64,000 nt of DNA from Nitrososphaeraceae archaeon. Its GTDB lineage: Archaea > Thermoproteota > Nitrososphaeria > Nitrososphaerales > Nitrososphaeraceae. The position numbers and the translations under genes were made by a program. The stretch spans positions 1-64,000 of the forward strand of contig DATGZA010000067.1 of assembly GCA_035297365.1 (NCBI GenBank). Direction: 5' to 3'. The notes under the pieces are model-generated. The model was not told the origin of the DNA. It was given only the letters and a program-made list of their open reading frames with translations, and did not search any database. Of this stretch, positions 19,962 to 30,510 are shown one piece after another. Within the stretch, counting starts at the first letter, position 1; each line of letters opens with the position of its first letter.

Positions 19962-20018
19962 CGTCGGATGACATTTTATTTTGTCAGTGTATTAAAACTT
20001 GATAGATGTTGTCTGATG
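19962..20018 (+). ncRNA. Candidate structured small RNA (G-U-rich hairpin with C/D-like boxes)
   Basis: 15 consecutive pairs (5 G-U) between 19962-19976 and 20004-20018; GGATGA and CTGA motifs; TTTAAAA box about 25-30 nt upstream. Confidence 0.35.
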
Positions 20019-20136
20019 TTTGTAGAAGAGTTATTTTGAAAGGACCATTTTATCCAAATTATTTTTGACCATGATTTAATTTTGCATCGTTATAATATCA
20101 TAACGTACATTAAACAGAAGAAATCTCTAATAATAT

Positions 20137-20568
20137 GTGGGGATCCAAACTAAAGCAAATTACGAATTATTACTAGATAGACTTTACAATAAACTAGGTA
20201 CAACTTCAAAAAAAGAAATCTCTAGATTAGAATTACCGCAACCACAGATAATTTGGGTTGGCCAAAGAACAATTTTTAGAAATTTTATGGAATTTCCAAA
20301 AGCATTACGACGGGAGCCAGAAAAAATATTACTTTATTTAAATAAAGAGCTTGCCTCTGCTGGATATATTATTGGCGATAGGGTTATCTTTCTTGGCCGT
20401 AAAGAACGCTCTTCATTTGGTGCTTTACTAGATAGATATGTAAAGGATTATGTTATCTGTCCAGTTTGTAGTAGTCATGACACCAGAACGGAAAAAAACA
20501 AGAAATTGGGGTTTTTGTTGTGCGAAGCGTGTGGGGCCAAATCTTCAATAAAGGGTAATTATGCATAG
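20137..20568 (+). CDS. eif2b: Translation initiation factor aIF-2 beta subunit
   Basis: YELLLDRLY, RTIFRNF, KELASAG, YVICPVCSSHDT...CEACGA zinc ribbon; GTG start. Confidence 0.95.
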   Translation: MGIQTKANYELLLDRLYNKLGTTSKKEISRLELPQPQIIWVGQRTIFRNFMEFPKALRREPEKILLYLNKELASAGYIIGDRVIFLGRKERSSFGALLDRYVKDYVICPVCSSHDTRTEKNKKLGFLLCEACGAKSSIKGNYA

Positions 20569-20716
20569 TTATTTTCAAATCCGTTTATAGTCTCAAGATA
20601 AAATACAGAATGTTAATTTATTAAATTTATTTGCAAATTTAAAAATGAAATTATATTTGAGAGGATTTTGAAAAAAATTATATAATTATAATAAAAATTA
20701 CAATAATAGCTTTTAT

Positions 20717-21139
20717 CTATCCTTCTAAATATATCTTCAATTTGTTCTCAATTTGTACTTTAGATAACGCACCAATAATTCTATCGACAACTTCTCCGTA
20801 CTTGAAGATTATCATAGTAGGAATACTTTGAATACCAAATCTATTAGATATTTGGGGATTTTCATCTACATTGATTTTTGCAAAGACAATTTTACCTGAG
20901 TACTCTTTTGCTAATTGTTCGATTATGGGTGAGATTATCCTGCACGGTCCACACCAAGTTGCCCAAAAATCTACTAACATCAACGGAAATTTATTTTTTT
21001 CCTGATCAAAATTTGAATCATTTAAGGGTATTGGTCCAGTAATTTTTTTTAATTTTGCAGTAATTTCTACCCTCTTTTGCAACTCATTCATTTTTTTCTT
21101 CATAATAGCCGCAATTTCGTCATCTGAAGAAGAAACCAT
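20717..21139 (-). CDS. trxA: Thioredoxin with N-terminal helical extension
   Basis: VDFWATWCGPCR, INVDEN, SIPT. Confidence 0.93.
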   Translation of the reverse strand: MVSSSDDEIAAIMKKKMNELQKRVEITAKLKKITGPIPLNDSNFDQEKNKFPLMLVDFWATWCGPCRIISPIIEQLAKEYSGKIVFAKINVDENPQISNRFGIQSIPTMIIFKYGEVVDRIIGALSKVQIENKLKIYLEG

Positions 21140-21255
21140 ATCATTTTTATTTGCTAATTTAGACTTAATTTGTCTTATGTTTTATCTTACGCGTAAGTTG
21201 TATCTACATTTATAGCGATATCTAATTATTTTGCTTGCTTTCTTAATATCAGATT

Positions 21256-21855
21256 ATGGTCAATAATAATCAAAGTATAATAGAACCCCAAGAACCCCAA
21301 GAACCCCAAGAACCCCAAATGAAAGTCGATAATTATGAATCCTTAAACAAAGAACTAAACAAAACTAAAATTGAGTTAGAGAAAACAAAAGAAGAGTCAG
21401 AAATTACTCTTAATAAATTAAAATATTTGATGGCAGATTTCGATAATTACAGAAAACAAATCGAAAAACAGATGAATTCGACTATAGAGACAAACAAAGC
21501 AAATATTTTGGCCAAATTTTTGAATATTCTAGATGATTATGAAAGGGCATTAGACGTAATAAAGAAAAATCAGGATATTGATCCAGTTTTGATAGATGGC
21601 TTGGATGGAATTATTAAGAATTTTTATAGCGCCTTGTTATCAGAAGGCGTAATAAAAATTGAAACCATTGGGACATTATTCGATCCTAATAAACATCATA
21701 TAGTGAGTTTTTCATATACTGATAATAAAGATGAAAATATAATAACTGAGGAAATACGTACTGGTTATATGATGAATGACAAAGTCTTAAGACCAAGCCT
21801 AGTAATAATATCGAAAAAAAAATATAATCAACAAGAAGTAGGTAACTCAAATTAA
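21256..21855 (+). CDS. grpE: Nucleotide exchange factor GrpE
   Basis: ADFDNYRK, LDDYERAL, FDPNKH, GYMMNDKVLRPS; directly upstream of dnaK. Confidence 0.95.
   Translation: MVNNNQSIIEPQEPQEPQEPQMKVDNYESLNKELNKTKIELEKTKEESEITLNKLKYLMADFDNYRKQIEKQMNSTIETNKANILAKFLNILDDYERALDVIKKNQDIDPVLIDGLDGIIKNFYSALLSEGVIKIETIGTLFDPNKHHIVSFSYTDNKDENIITEEIRTGYMMNDKVLRPSLVIISKKKYNQQEVGNSN
21283..21318 (+). repeat. Perfect 9-bp tandem repeat x4 (GAACCCCAA) encoding EPQ in the GrpE N-terminus
   Basis: Read directly from the sequence. Confidence 0.95.
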
Positions 21856-21866
21856 TAAGGTGAATA

Positions 21867-23768
21867 TTGATCATGGGAAAAGTTATTGGTATAGATTTAG
21901 GAACTAGTAATTCTGCAGCAGCTGCTATGATTGGTGGAAAACCAACAATAATTCAGGCCGCCGAAGGAGCTTCAATAGGAGGAAAAGCATTTCCATCTGT
22001 GGTAGCTTTCACTAATACAGGTGATCTATTAGTTGGAGAGCCTGCTAGAAGACAGATGGTATCGAATCCAGAGGGAACTGTCATGGCTGCAAAAAGGAAG
22101 ATGGGTACAGATTTTAGATTTAACGTAGGTGGGAAAAATTATTCTCCACAACAAATATCGTCTTTCATTTTACAGAAAATTAAAAAAGATTCCGAGGCAT
22201 TTTTGGGTGACGTTGTAGACAAAGCTGTCATCACCGTTCCAGCATATTTCAATGATAATCAAAGACAAGCCACAAAAGATGCTGGTGAAATAGCTGGTTT
22301 GCAAGTTGTCAGAATTATTAACGAACCTACCGCTGCTTCACTTGCATATGGTTTGGATAAGATTCAAAAAGATCTAAAGATCATGGTCTTTGATTTTGGA
22401 GGAGGGACATTAGATGTAACAATAATGGAAATGGGGGGAGGAGTTTTTCAGGTCAAAAGTACTTCTGGTGATACACAACTTGGAGGAACTGATATGGACA
22501 ACGCCATTATAGAATATATTTTGCAAGAGTTTAAACAGCAATCTGGTTTAGATGTTAGAAATGATAAAGCAGCTATGATGAGAATAAGAGAAGCTGCAGA
22601 AAAATCAAAGATCGAGTTATCAAATCTTGTTTCTACAGAAATTAACTTACCATTTCTCTCTTATGATCAATCTACTGGTCCAAAAAATCTTATTATGAAT
22701 TTAACTAGATCTAAACTTGAGGAACTTTTAAGACCAATAGTAGAAAAGTGTAAAGGTCCTATGATGCAAGCAATCCAGGACGCAAAACATGTTCCAAGTG
22801 ACATAGACAAAATTATTATGATAGGAGGACCAACAAGGATGCCAATAGTAAGACAATTCGTTGAAACAGTAATGGGCAAAGAACCAGAAAGAGGGGTAGA
22901 TCCTATGGAGGCAGTAGCTATGGGTGCTGCAATACAAGGCGCTATAATTTCCGGAGATGTTTCAACAGATATTCTTCTAGTGGATGTTACCCCGTTGACA
23001 TTGGGTCTTGAAGTACTTGGAGGTATAAAAGAAACATTAATTGAAAGAAATACTACTATACCAACGAAGAAAAGCAAAGTTTTCACAACTGCAGCTGATT
23101 ATCAATCTGCCGTTACTATTCACGTGGTTCAAGGAGAAAGGCCTATGGCTGCAGATTGTGTCTCTTTAGGCACATTCAATTTGGCAGGAATACCTCCCGC
23201 ACCTAGAGGAGTTCCTCAAATTGAGGTAACTTTTGATATTGATGCAAATGGTATATTAAATGTCACTGCAAAAGATTTGGGAACATCCAAAGAAGCAAAA
23301 ATCACAATTACCGCAAGTACAAAATTATCTAAAGATGAAATAGATAGATTAAAGAAAGAATCAGAACAATATACGGAAGCTGACAAGAAAAAGAAAGAAG
23401 AGGCAGAACTTAAAAACGAAGCAGAAAATATTGTTTATTCAGCTGAAAAACTAATTAATCAAGATTTCAAAGATAAAATTAAACCAGAACAGACTGAAAA
23501 AATTAACAAATCGATACACGATTTAAAAGATGCTTTATCTAGTAACAATCTTGAAGATATAAAGAACAAAATTCAAAATACAAAAACTCTATTAGCAGAA
23601 GTAAGTACAGAAATTTATAAAAATATTGGAGCATCAACAGGCGGAGGACCTACAGGCGGAGGACCTACAGGCGGAGGAACAACAAGTGACACAACTCAAG
23701 AAAATAGTACAGGTCAGGGAACCAATCAAGAATCAAATACTGACAATTCAAATGAAAAAACATCATAA
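21867..23768 (+). CDS. dnaK: Chaperone DnaK (Hsp70)
   Basis: [47 protein letters not shown]. Probable start is the ATG at 21873, with an AAGGTGA SD upstream. Confidence 0.99.
   Translation: MIMGKVIGIDLGTSNSAAAAMIGGKPTIIQAAEGASIGGKAFPSVVAFTNTGDLLVGEPARRQMVSNPEGTVMAAKRKMGTDFRFNVGGKNYSPQQISSFILQKIKKDSEAFLGDVVDKAVITVPAYFNDNQRQATKDAGEIAGLQVVRIINEPTAASLAYGLDKIQKDLKIMVFDFGGGTLDVTIMEMGGGVFQVKSTSGDTQLGGTDMDNAIIEYILQEFKQQSGLDVRNDKAAMMRIREAAEKSKIELSNLVSTEINLPFLSYDQSTGPKNLIMNLTRSKLEELLRPIVEKCKGPMMQAIQDAKHVPSDIDKIIMIGGPTRMPIVRQFVETVMGKEPERGVDPMEAVAMGAAIQGAIISGDVSTDILLVDVTPLTLGLEVLGGIKETLIERNTTIPTKKSKVFTTAADYQSAVTIHVVQGERPMAADCVSLGTFNLAGIPPAPRGVPQIEVTFDIDANGILNVTAKDLGTSKEAKITITASTKLSKDEIDRLKKESEQYTEADKKKKEEAELKNEAENIVYSAEKLINQDFKDKIKPEQTEKINKSIHDLKDALSSNNLEDIKNKIQNTKTLLAEVSTEIYKNIGASTGGGPTGGGPTGGGTTSDTTQENSTGQGTNQESNTDNSNEKTS
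23637..23678 (+). repeat. 15-bp tandem repeat x2.8 (ACAGGCGGAGGACCT) encoding TGGGP in the DnaK tail
   Basis: Read directly from the sequence. Confidence 0.92.
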
Positions 23769-23841
23769 GCAGGGTCATAAATTTAATCAAAACAAACTAG
23801 ATATCATATGTTTCGTCCAACTATAATTTTATTATTTTTCA

Positions 23842-24981
23842 GTGAGTAGGTTAATGACAAGTAAAAAAGATTATTATGAGGTTTTAGGAGTACAAAAAAC
23901 TGCTACTAAAGATGAAATTAAAAATAGTTATCGTAAACTAGCTTTAAAATTTCATCCTGACAGAAATAAGTCTTCCGAGGCTGAAGAGAAATTTAAAGAA
24001 ATTTCAGAAGCATATGCCGTTCTTTCTGATGATGACAAAAGAAAACGATATGATACATATGGTCACGTTGGCACTGATGAAGCGTTTAGAGGCTCTGAAG
24101 CCAATTTCGAGGAAATATTCAAAGATATGGGTTTTGGGGGCTTTGCAAAAACGATATTCGAGCAAATGTTTGGTGGCAGAGGAGGATTTACATCGGGAGA
24201 TCCATTTGCTGGCTTTAGCTTTAATATAGGAGGAAGTGAAAGAAGGCAAGGCCGCGATATCTTGTATGATGTTGAACTCTCTTTAGAAGATGTTTTGAAG
24301 GGAAGAAAAGATGAAATCGAGGTGCCAAAGTTTGACAAATGTAGTGATTGTAATGGAACAGGAGCATCAAAAGGAAGCAAACCTAAAGTTTGTAGTGTAT
24401 GTAATGGACGGGGACAAACACGTAGAGTATATAATCAAAATCGGTTTTCAACATTTATTTCGTTGGAAACATGCCAAAGTTGTAATGGAAAAGGCGAAGT
24501 TATTGAGAATCCATGTAATACGTGTAGAGGATCTGGTAAAATTAAGGTAAAAAAGAAACTTAAAATTAGTATTCCTTCTGGTGTCGAAGATGGGATGACA
24601 TTACAATTAAGTGGGGAAGGAGAATACTCTGATGTTGGTTCTCCAGGAGATCTATTGATCCGAGTACATGTACTTCCACATCAATTATTTGAAAGGTTAG
24701 ATGATGGACACATATTACATGATTTGACTCTTGATTATACAAGTCTAGTTTTGGGAACAGAAGTAAAAGTTCCGACTCTACAAGGAAATGAAAAATTAAA
24801 AATTGCACCTGGAACATCTGTTGATACCATCTTGAGACTTAAAGGAAAGGGATTACCAAGATATGGAAGTTATGGAAAAGGCGATCAACTGGTCAGAGTT
24901 CATGTTCGTATTCCAAATATACTGACAGATAAACAGAAATGGCTTTTGAAGGAATTGGATAAAGAATTTCAACAGGAATAA
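23842..24981 (+). CDS. dnaJ: Chaperone DnaJ (class A)
   Basis: DYYEVLG, HPD motif, G/F-rich region, four CxxCxGxG repeats. Confidence 0.98.
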   Translation: MSRLMTSKKDYYEVLGVQKTATKDEIKNSYRKLALKFHPDRNKSSEAEEKFKEISEAYAVLSDDDKRKRYDTYGHVGTDEAFRGSEANFEEIFKDMGFGGFAKTIFEQMFGGRGGFTSGDPFAGFSFNIGGSERRQGRDILYDVELSLEDVLKGRKDEIEVPKFDKCSDCNGTGASKGSKPKVCSVCNGRGQTRRVYNQNRFSTFISLETCQSCNGKGEVIENPCNTCRGSGKIKVKKKLKISIPSGVEDGMTLQLSGEGEYSDVGSPGDLLIRVHVLPHQLFERLDDGHILHDLTLDYTSLVLGTEVKVPTLQGNEKLKIAPGTSVDTILRLKGKGLPRYGSYGKGDQLVRVHVRIPNILTDKQKWLLKELDKEFQQE

Positions 24982-25013
24982 CTTTTTAATATCTGATAAG
25001 ATTTCTTATTTTT

Positions 25014-25604
25014 ATGACATATCCATTTGACGAATGGTTCAGAAAAAGAAGACTTGGAAGTTGGTTTCCAGATATTGATACTATGATGCGAGAAATGGAA
25101 AAAATGATGGGAGAAGCATTTCAACATTTTGAACAACCAGTGCCAAAAAAATTCATAAAAGAACGTAAATTAGATGACGGTTCAACTATAAAAGAATATG
25201 GACCTATAGTATACGGCTATTCAGTAAAAATTGGCGAAGATGGAAAACCAATAATAAGAAAATTTGGTAACATAGATGCTTTTTCTCATACTCTTGCAAG
25301 TGACTCAACAGAAATACAAGATGAAAGGGAACCTCTAATTGATGTGATAATGGGCAAAGAAGAAATAAAAGTTGTTGCGGAAATGCCTGGAGTTGAAAAA
25401 GAAGATTTACGATTAAATGCTAATGAAAACACCCTAACAATTTCATCTTCAACTTCATCTAAGCAACGTTACCATAAAAAAATTGATTTTCCAGAGCCAG
25501 TAGAACCGACAACAGGACGATCGCAGTATAGGAATGGAGTATTAGAAATAACATTTAAAAAGAAAAATATTATTAGTAGTGGAGTCCAGATCAATATCGA
25601 ATAA
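25014..25604 (+). CDS. hsp20: Archaeal small heat shock protein Hsp20
   Basis: GPIVYGYSVKIGEDGKP, EPLIDV, AEMPGVEKED, YRNGVLEI, C-terminal IxI motif. Confidence 0.93.
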   Translation: MTYPFDEWFRKRRLGSWFPDIDTMMREMEKMMGEAFQHFEQPVPKKFIKERKLDDGSTIKEYGPIVYGYSVKIGEDGKPIIRKFGNIDAFSHTLASDSTEIQDEREPLIDVIMGKEEIKVVAEMPGVEKEDLRLNANENTLTISSSTSSKQRYHKKIDFPEPVEPTTGRSQYRNGVLEITFKKKNIISSGVQINIE

Positions 25605-25833
25605 ATCTAATCTTACTAAAAGTTATTTTATTTTTAAACAATTTTTTATCATATTCAATTTAGTTTTTTATGTCTTTCAAATTATGTGTTGAATTGAAGG
25701 GAGCATTTTCTTAAAATCATAATCCTACATGATATTAGTTCAAAATTCTAATTTATTCTAAATTATAATTGAAAAATAATAAAAATAGAAACTGTGAAAA
25801 ATATATAGTATAAAAGCGTCTTTTTTTATCTTT

Positions 25834-26133
25834 ATGATTGAATTTACTATTTCATCTCAATCGACTCTTTTAGCTTTTCTTATAGGACTATCAGCTACTA
25901 TACTCACTAGATACAGTAGTATTCCACAAATAATTAAGGGTTTAAAGACAAGAAAGATGGATGATGTCTCATTTTGGCTAGTTTTTTATTTAACAGTTGG
26001 CTTATTTTTATATGTTATTTATGGAGTTATCATAGATGATCTGATAATTATTTGGGGAAATGCCGTAGGTGTTATTACAAATTTGGTGTTAATTGGCTTG
26101 AAAATAAGATATTCTGCTAAACCGTTTGGATAA
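25834..26133 (+). CDS. SemiSWEET/PQ-loop family transporter
   Basis: 99 aa with three TM helices; IPQIIK...DDVS, YG, terminal N motifs. Confidence 0.85.
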   Translation: MIEFTISSQSTLLAFLIGLSATILTRYSSIPQIIKGLKTRKMDDVSFWLVFYLTVGLFLYVIYGVIIDDLIIIWGNAVGVITNLVLIGLKIRYSAKPFG

Positions 26134-26276
26134 TATTTCTGCAACTAACAACTCTAATTGATTTGAAATACTTGTAAAATACTGATGTGGTTAAAAAAAG
26201 CTGAGCTATGATTATATTTTTTTTTAGTATTGATGTTAAAAACCGCTAATTCTAATGTTATTAAAGATCTTTCATT

Positions 26277-26789
26277 TTGAGCTCGAAAAAACGGATAAAG
26301 ATAGAATTAGAAGATAGCGAAGGAGATAAATATAACCTTTCGTTAGAGGGAAATTTTTCAAAAGAGAAGATTGTACATATAATGGAATTAATGGATATAG
26401 TTCAATCTGGTAGAAAACCATCTAATAATATTACGAGCTTTATTACAGATAATGATAAAGAAATATTATCTGTGGATTCAAAGATATGGAATGTAATAGA
26501 GCAATCATTTAGTAGAATATCTTTTACTTCTTCAGATATTGCTCAATTGTACGAAGAAAGATATAAAGAGCCAATTAAGTTGAGTGTAATTTCCACATAT
26601 TTATCGAGATATTGTACAAAAGGAAAATTACTCAGAACAAAAAGGCTTAGAGAATATGTATATTCTCTTCCAATATCATCTTCAAAAGATTTATCTTGTA
26701 ATAACAGTCAAAATTGTTTTTCCTCTACAACCCATTATAACAATTTGTATAATATTGACAATAAGACCATTCACGATCTTAAAAATTAA
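26277..26789 (+). CDS. Conserved archaeal protein with winged-helix domain
   Basis: KRIKIELEDSEGDKYNLSLEG N-domain; FTSSDIAQLYEE..PIKLSVISTYLSR..KGKLLR wHTH pattern. Confidence 0.75.
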   Translation: MSSKKRIKIELEDSEGDKYNLSLEGNFSKEKIVHIMELMDIVQSGRKPSNNITSFITDNDKEILSVDSKIWNVIEQSFSRISFTSSDIAQLYEERYKEPIKLSVISTYLSRYCTKGKLLRTKRLREYVYSLPISSSKDLSCNNSQNCFSSTTHYNNLYNIDNKTIHDLKN

Positions 26790-26929
26790 TTTTCCTGATT
26801 ATTGTATATAGTATAATTTGTTGTAAATTATATCATTTTTTATGTCTATGGAATCAATTTTTATAATCCTTGTTCAATAGATGGATAGAGTTTATTATTT
26901 TATTTTATAATATTTTGCTAGCAATTTTT

Positions 26930-27493
26930 TTAAAAGTCTCCGAATCCACCACCATCGAAACCACCAAAATCTCCGGTATCTCCACTATCCATCTCAGAGC
27001 TTGTTTCTCCTCCAGCAGCTTCTGTTCCAGAGTCGCCAGCCATAGAATGTTCCATAGGAGTCAATGCCATACCTACAAATGACATCATTGTCATAAAAAA
27101 TAGAATATCTGTTATACCCATAAACAACATTAATGGCATCCACGATCTATTAGCTTCCATAAACGTTTCTAATTGTGCTTTATTGCCTTGACCATTGTTG
27201 TAAATCTGTTGAGCTTTACGCCATTTTTGTTCCAACTCTTCTTTCTTAGCATTTAAAAGTCTAATGCCAGTTTCTGTTATTGAAATTTCTATTTTTTTGT
27301 TACTGAAAAAACTCCTTTTCTCTTTTTTTATTACCAGTCTTTGGGATATTAAATCATTTGATATCAATTCAACTTCCTCTCTAGCAAGTTTTGTTATTTT
27401 TGAAATCTTATTGAGATCCTTAATTCCTCTAGCTAATGCATCCAAAACGATGAAATGGCGAGGACTTTCATTAGTTTTAATACCAGAAGACAC
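26930..27493 (-). CDS. Winged-helix protein with C-terminal hydrophobic segment and Gly/Asp-rich tail
   Basis: VLDAL..KISKITKL..ISITETG wHTH; Met-rich hydrophobic stretch WMPLMLFMGITDILFFMTMMSFVGM; tail GDFGGFDGGGFGDF. Confidence 0.8.
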   Translation of the reverse strand: MSSGIKTNESPRHFIVLDALARGIKDLNKISKITKLAREEVELISNDLISQRLVIKKEKRSFFSNKKIEISITETGIRLLNAKKEELEQKWRKAQQIYNNGQGNKAQLETFMEANRSWMPLMLFMGITDILFFMTMMSFVGMALTPMEHSMAGDSGTEAAGGETSSEMDSGDTGDFGGFDGGGFGDF

Positions 27494-27578
27494 TCTACTT
27501 AATATTAAATAACTAGTAATTTAAATCCTTTTTTTACTCGTAATTGAATAACGTTTAAATCTCTATTTGAGTATTGAT

Positions 27579-28844
27579 CTATATCGTTTTTACTTCATCA
27601 TCTCCTTTATATTCTGTTTTTGTGGATTTTATGTTATGTGCAAATCTGATTATATATGGAGATGCAAAAGCCGTTATGATTGTTACTACGCTTAATATTG
27701 GAAGAACTGAGGAGGTAATAGCACCAACATCCTGTCCTCCTTTCGCAATGACAAGAGACATCTCTCCTTTTGCACTTGCTAATCCTAATCCTGCCTTGAG
27801 TCGATCTATGTTGTCAAATTTAGATTTAGCTAATACTGCTAAAACCAGCAGCAGTTTTGATGCAAACGCTGTTAATATCAATATCATTGCTGGAATTATG
27901 AACATCGGTATAACAGAAATATTGACCAAAGCTCCTATGGATATAAAGAATAAAGCAGAAAATATATCTCTTAAAGGTATAGTAATAACTTTTGCAACTG
28001 TAGCACTTTTTGATTCGGCAACTAGAACTCCGGCTAAGAATGCCCCAATTACTACTGATAAACCTAAAATATTGGCAATAAAAGATAATCCAAATGCAAG
28101 TCCCATGATTACAATTAGAAGCAAAGCATAATCATTGGTTTTTCCAATTTTATCTATCAAATTTGGTAAAAATCTTGAACCGAGAATAAGAATAGTACCG
28201 ATGAATACTATTGCAATAGCGATCGAAATCGAGATCGATATAATAGAAATATTGTCTGTACCTGAGGCTGCTGCTATGGATTGAAGTATGGCCAAAGTTG
28301 TAACCGCTATAATGTCTTCAACGATTAAAACACCAAGAATCAATATCGATGATCGCTCCTTTATTTTTCCCATTTCTTCCAGTATCTTTATTGTGACAAC
28401 TGTACTTGTTATTGACATTGCTAAGGCCAAAAACATTGAATCAAAAACTGTAAAACCTAAATTTTGAGCAACAAAAAAAGTAATCAACATTGTTCCTATC
28501 GATTCAGTCAATCCCACTATCATAGAAATTCTTCCTATTTGTCTCAGTTTAGCTATTGGGAATTCAATTCCTATAACAAATAAAAGAACAATTATTCCAA
28601 GTTCTGCGAATACATTTATCGTTTCTACATTTTTGATAAGTGAAAAAGGAGGTGTATATGGACCAATAATCATTCCAGCTAATAAATATCCGACAACCAT
28701 TGATTGTTTTAATTTATGTGTTATGAAAAGCATAACAGCTGCCATTACCATAATAACTGCAAAATCTTGTACGATGAATTCAGATGATCCTAAATTAGTA
28801 AATGATAATGCATTAAAAACAACACTTGGCAAAAAAATATCCAT
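27579..28844 (-). CDS. Cation:proton antiporter, CPA2 family (paralogue of 3184-4392)
   Basis: QDFAVIM, GYLLAGMIIGPYTPPFSL, AELGIIVLLFVIGIEFP, IVEDI, GAFLAG, KGEMS. Confidence 0.92.
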   Translation of the reverse strand: MDIFLPSVVFNALSFTNLGSSEFIVQDFAVIMVMAAVMLFITHKLKQSMVVGYLLAGMIIGPYTPPFSLIKNVETINVFAELGIIVLLFVIGIEFPIAKLRQIGRISMIVGLTESIGTMLITFFVAQNLGFTVFDSMFLALAMSITSTVVTIKILEEMGKIKERSSILILGVLIVEDIIAVTTLAILQSIAAASGTDNISIISISISIAIAIVFIGTILILGSRFLPNLIDKIGKTNDYALLLIVIMGLAFGLSFIANILGLSVVIGAFLAGVLVAESKSATVAKVITIPLRDIFSALFFISIGALVNISVIPMFIIPAMILILTAFASKLLLVLAVLAKSKFDNIDRLKAGLGLASAKGEMSLVIAKGGQDVGAITSSVLPILSVVTIITAFASPYIIRFAHNIKSTKTEYKGDDEVKTI

Positions 28845-28941
28845 GATCCAAATTAAATATAAACATCTAAAATAAAAATTAAGAGGCTAAATTCCTAGCT
28901 AAAAATTTTAGTATTAATAATTTCTAATTGTTACCTTTAGT

Positions 28942-30510
28942 TTACTTTTTAACGAAATTTAATAAAAATACTATACCAGAGCCAACTAATCCGATATAGG
29001 AAAATATTTGGTTGTATGAAAATAAAATAGCGGATCCTATAAACAAAGCAGAAGAAAAGATGCTTACCGCTATAATCCTGTTATGTTTGTTAACGGTTTT
29101 AGTTCGAGAATCTTGATTCTCTAAATATGTTTTTAGCATTTCTGACAAATTAGATGAGATTTCTATATTTTTTAAGAATTTTTGAAACGAAAATTTTAAT
29201 TCTTCAATATACGCCTCTTTTAAAAGACCTTCTTGTTCTAATAAATTTGATAAAACTTTGGCAAATTGAAATTTAATTCTATGTTGATTATAAATTCCTT
29301 CCAAAATTGAAGTCATTCTCATGTATAATGCTAGGTTTTTGGGTAATCTAAATGGAAATTTACTTAATGTCTTGTTAGATAGATCCATCAATGATTTAAC
29401 TTCCATCCTGTCAACTTTTTTTCCATGCAAAGATCTAATGCTCAATTCTAATGCTTTTTCTACTACACTACGATTAACCGTGTGTTCTAGAGTTCCCAAT
29501 TGTATAAGTACATCCACAGTTCTGATAGGGTCCTTATCTATTAGCCCAAGATATAGTCTAATTAACAGAAGTCTTGTTTCATTATCCAGTCTTCCAACCA
29601 TTCCAAAATCATACAGAATAATAGATCCATCATCTTTGACTGCTATATTTCCTGGATGAGGATCGGAATGAAAAATGCTATTTCTTAATAACATTTTAAA
29701 AAAAATATGATGTAGAAGTATAACTAATTTTTGTCTATCTATACCCATTTTATCTAATGATTTTATATCTGTAATTTTTATACCCGGTACATATTCTGTA
29801 GTGATGATATGTTTTGAAGTCATTTCAGGCAATAAATTAGGAATCACAATATTTTCTTCATTTTTTAAATTTTTTTTAATAGCTAACAAATTTTTTGCTT
29901 CCTTTAAGTAATCCATTTCTTCATAGATTGTCTCAATAAATTGTGAAAACATACCTTCTACCGAGAAGCGCAAGTTAGGATCAATAAATCTAGTTCCAAT
30001 AGGAATAAGTCTTTTCATAATTGAAATGTCATTTTCAATAATTTGTTCTATATTCGGTCTTGCAACTTTTACAACAACATCTTTTCCTCTGTATTTTGCA
30101 TGATATACTTGTCCAAGACTTGCTCCAGAAAAAGCTTCGATATTAAATGATTCAAAAATTAAGTCTATTTGTCCCAATTCTTCTTCAATAGTTTTTTTGA
30201 CTTTCTCAAAAGGTTCAACTGGTACGTCGTCTTGTAATGTCGAAAGAACTTCTAGATATGGTTGTGGTAATATATCTGAACGGGATGATAACCATTGACC
30301 CAATTTTATATATGAAGGTCCCAATTCAATGAATACTTTTAATGCCATTTTTGCATGGCTTTTATATTTACTTTCATCAATATCTTTTCCTTCTTTTTTT
30401 ACCCATTCTCTTCTGTCTCTTCTAAAATTGATCATTATAGGTAATAATTTAATAATGATTCTTATGATCTGTGTTTTAGAACTTTTTTTACCCATTCTCT
30501 TAGTCTTCAA
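28942..30510 (-). CDS. AarF/UbiB (ABC1) family atypical kinase
   Basis: LGPSYIKLGQ, ASLGQVY, VVVKV, EEMDY, HSDPHPGN, DFGM, two C-terminal TMs. Confidence 0.95.
   Translation of the reverse strand: MKTKRMGKKSSKTQIIRIIIKLLPIMINFRRDRREWVKKEGKDIDESKYKSHAKMALKVFIELGPSYIKLGQWLSSRSDILPQPYLEVLSTLQDDVPVEPFEKVKKTIEEELGQIDLIFESFNIEAFSGASLGQVYHAKYRGKDVVVKVARPNIEQIIENDISIMKRLIPIGTRFIDPNLRFSVEGMFSQFIETIYEEMDYLKEAKNLLAIKKNLKNEENIVIPNLLPEMTSKHIITTEYVPGIKITDIKSLDKMGIDRQKLVILLHHIFFKMLLRNSIFHSDPHPGNIAVKDDGSIILYDFGMVGRLDNETRLLLIRLYLGLIDKDPIRTVDVLIQLGTLEHTVNRSVVEKALELSIRSLHGKKVDRMEVKSLMDLSNKTLSKFPFRLPKNLALYMRMTSILEGIYNQHRIKFQFAKVLSNLLEQEGLLKEAYIEELKFSFQKFLKNIEISSNLSEMLKTYLENQDSRTKTVNKHNRIIAVSIFSSALFIGSAILFSYNQIFSYIGLVGSGIVFLLNFVKK

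Noticed and set aside
22667-24817. Antisense and alternate-frame ORFs in dnaK/dnaJ, including 23626-23826 (QAEDL repeats)
   Set aside because: Shadows of the chaperone genes. The repeat is just the dnaK minisatellite read in another frame.
21256-24981. Bacterial-type grpE-dnaK-dnaJ (and class II HMG-CoA reductase) as recent horizontal transfer
   Set aside because: Composition matches the rest of the window, and these are established ancient features of mesophilic Nitrososphaerota.
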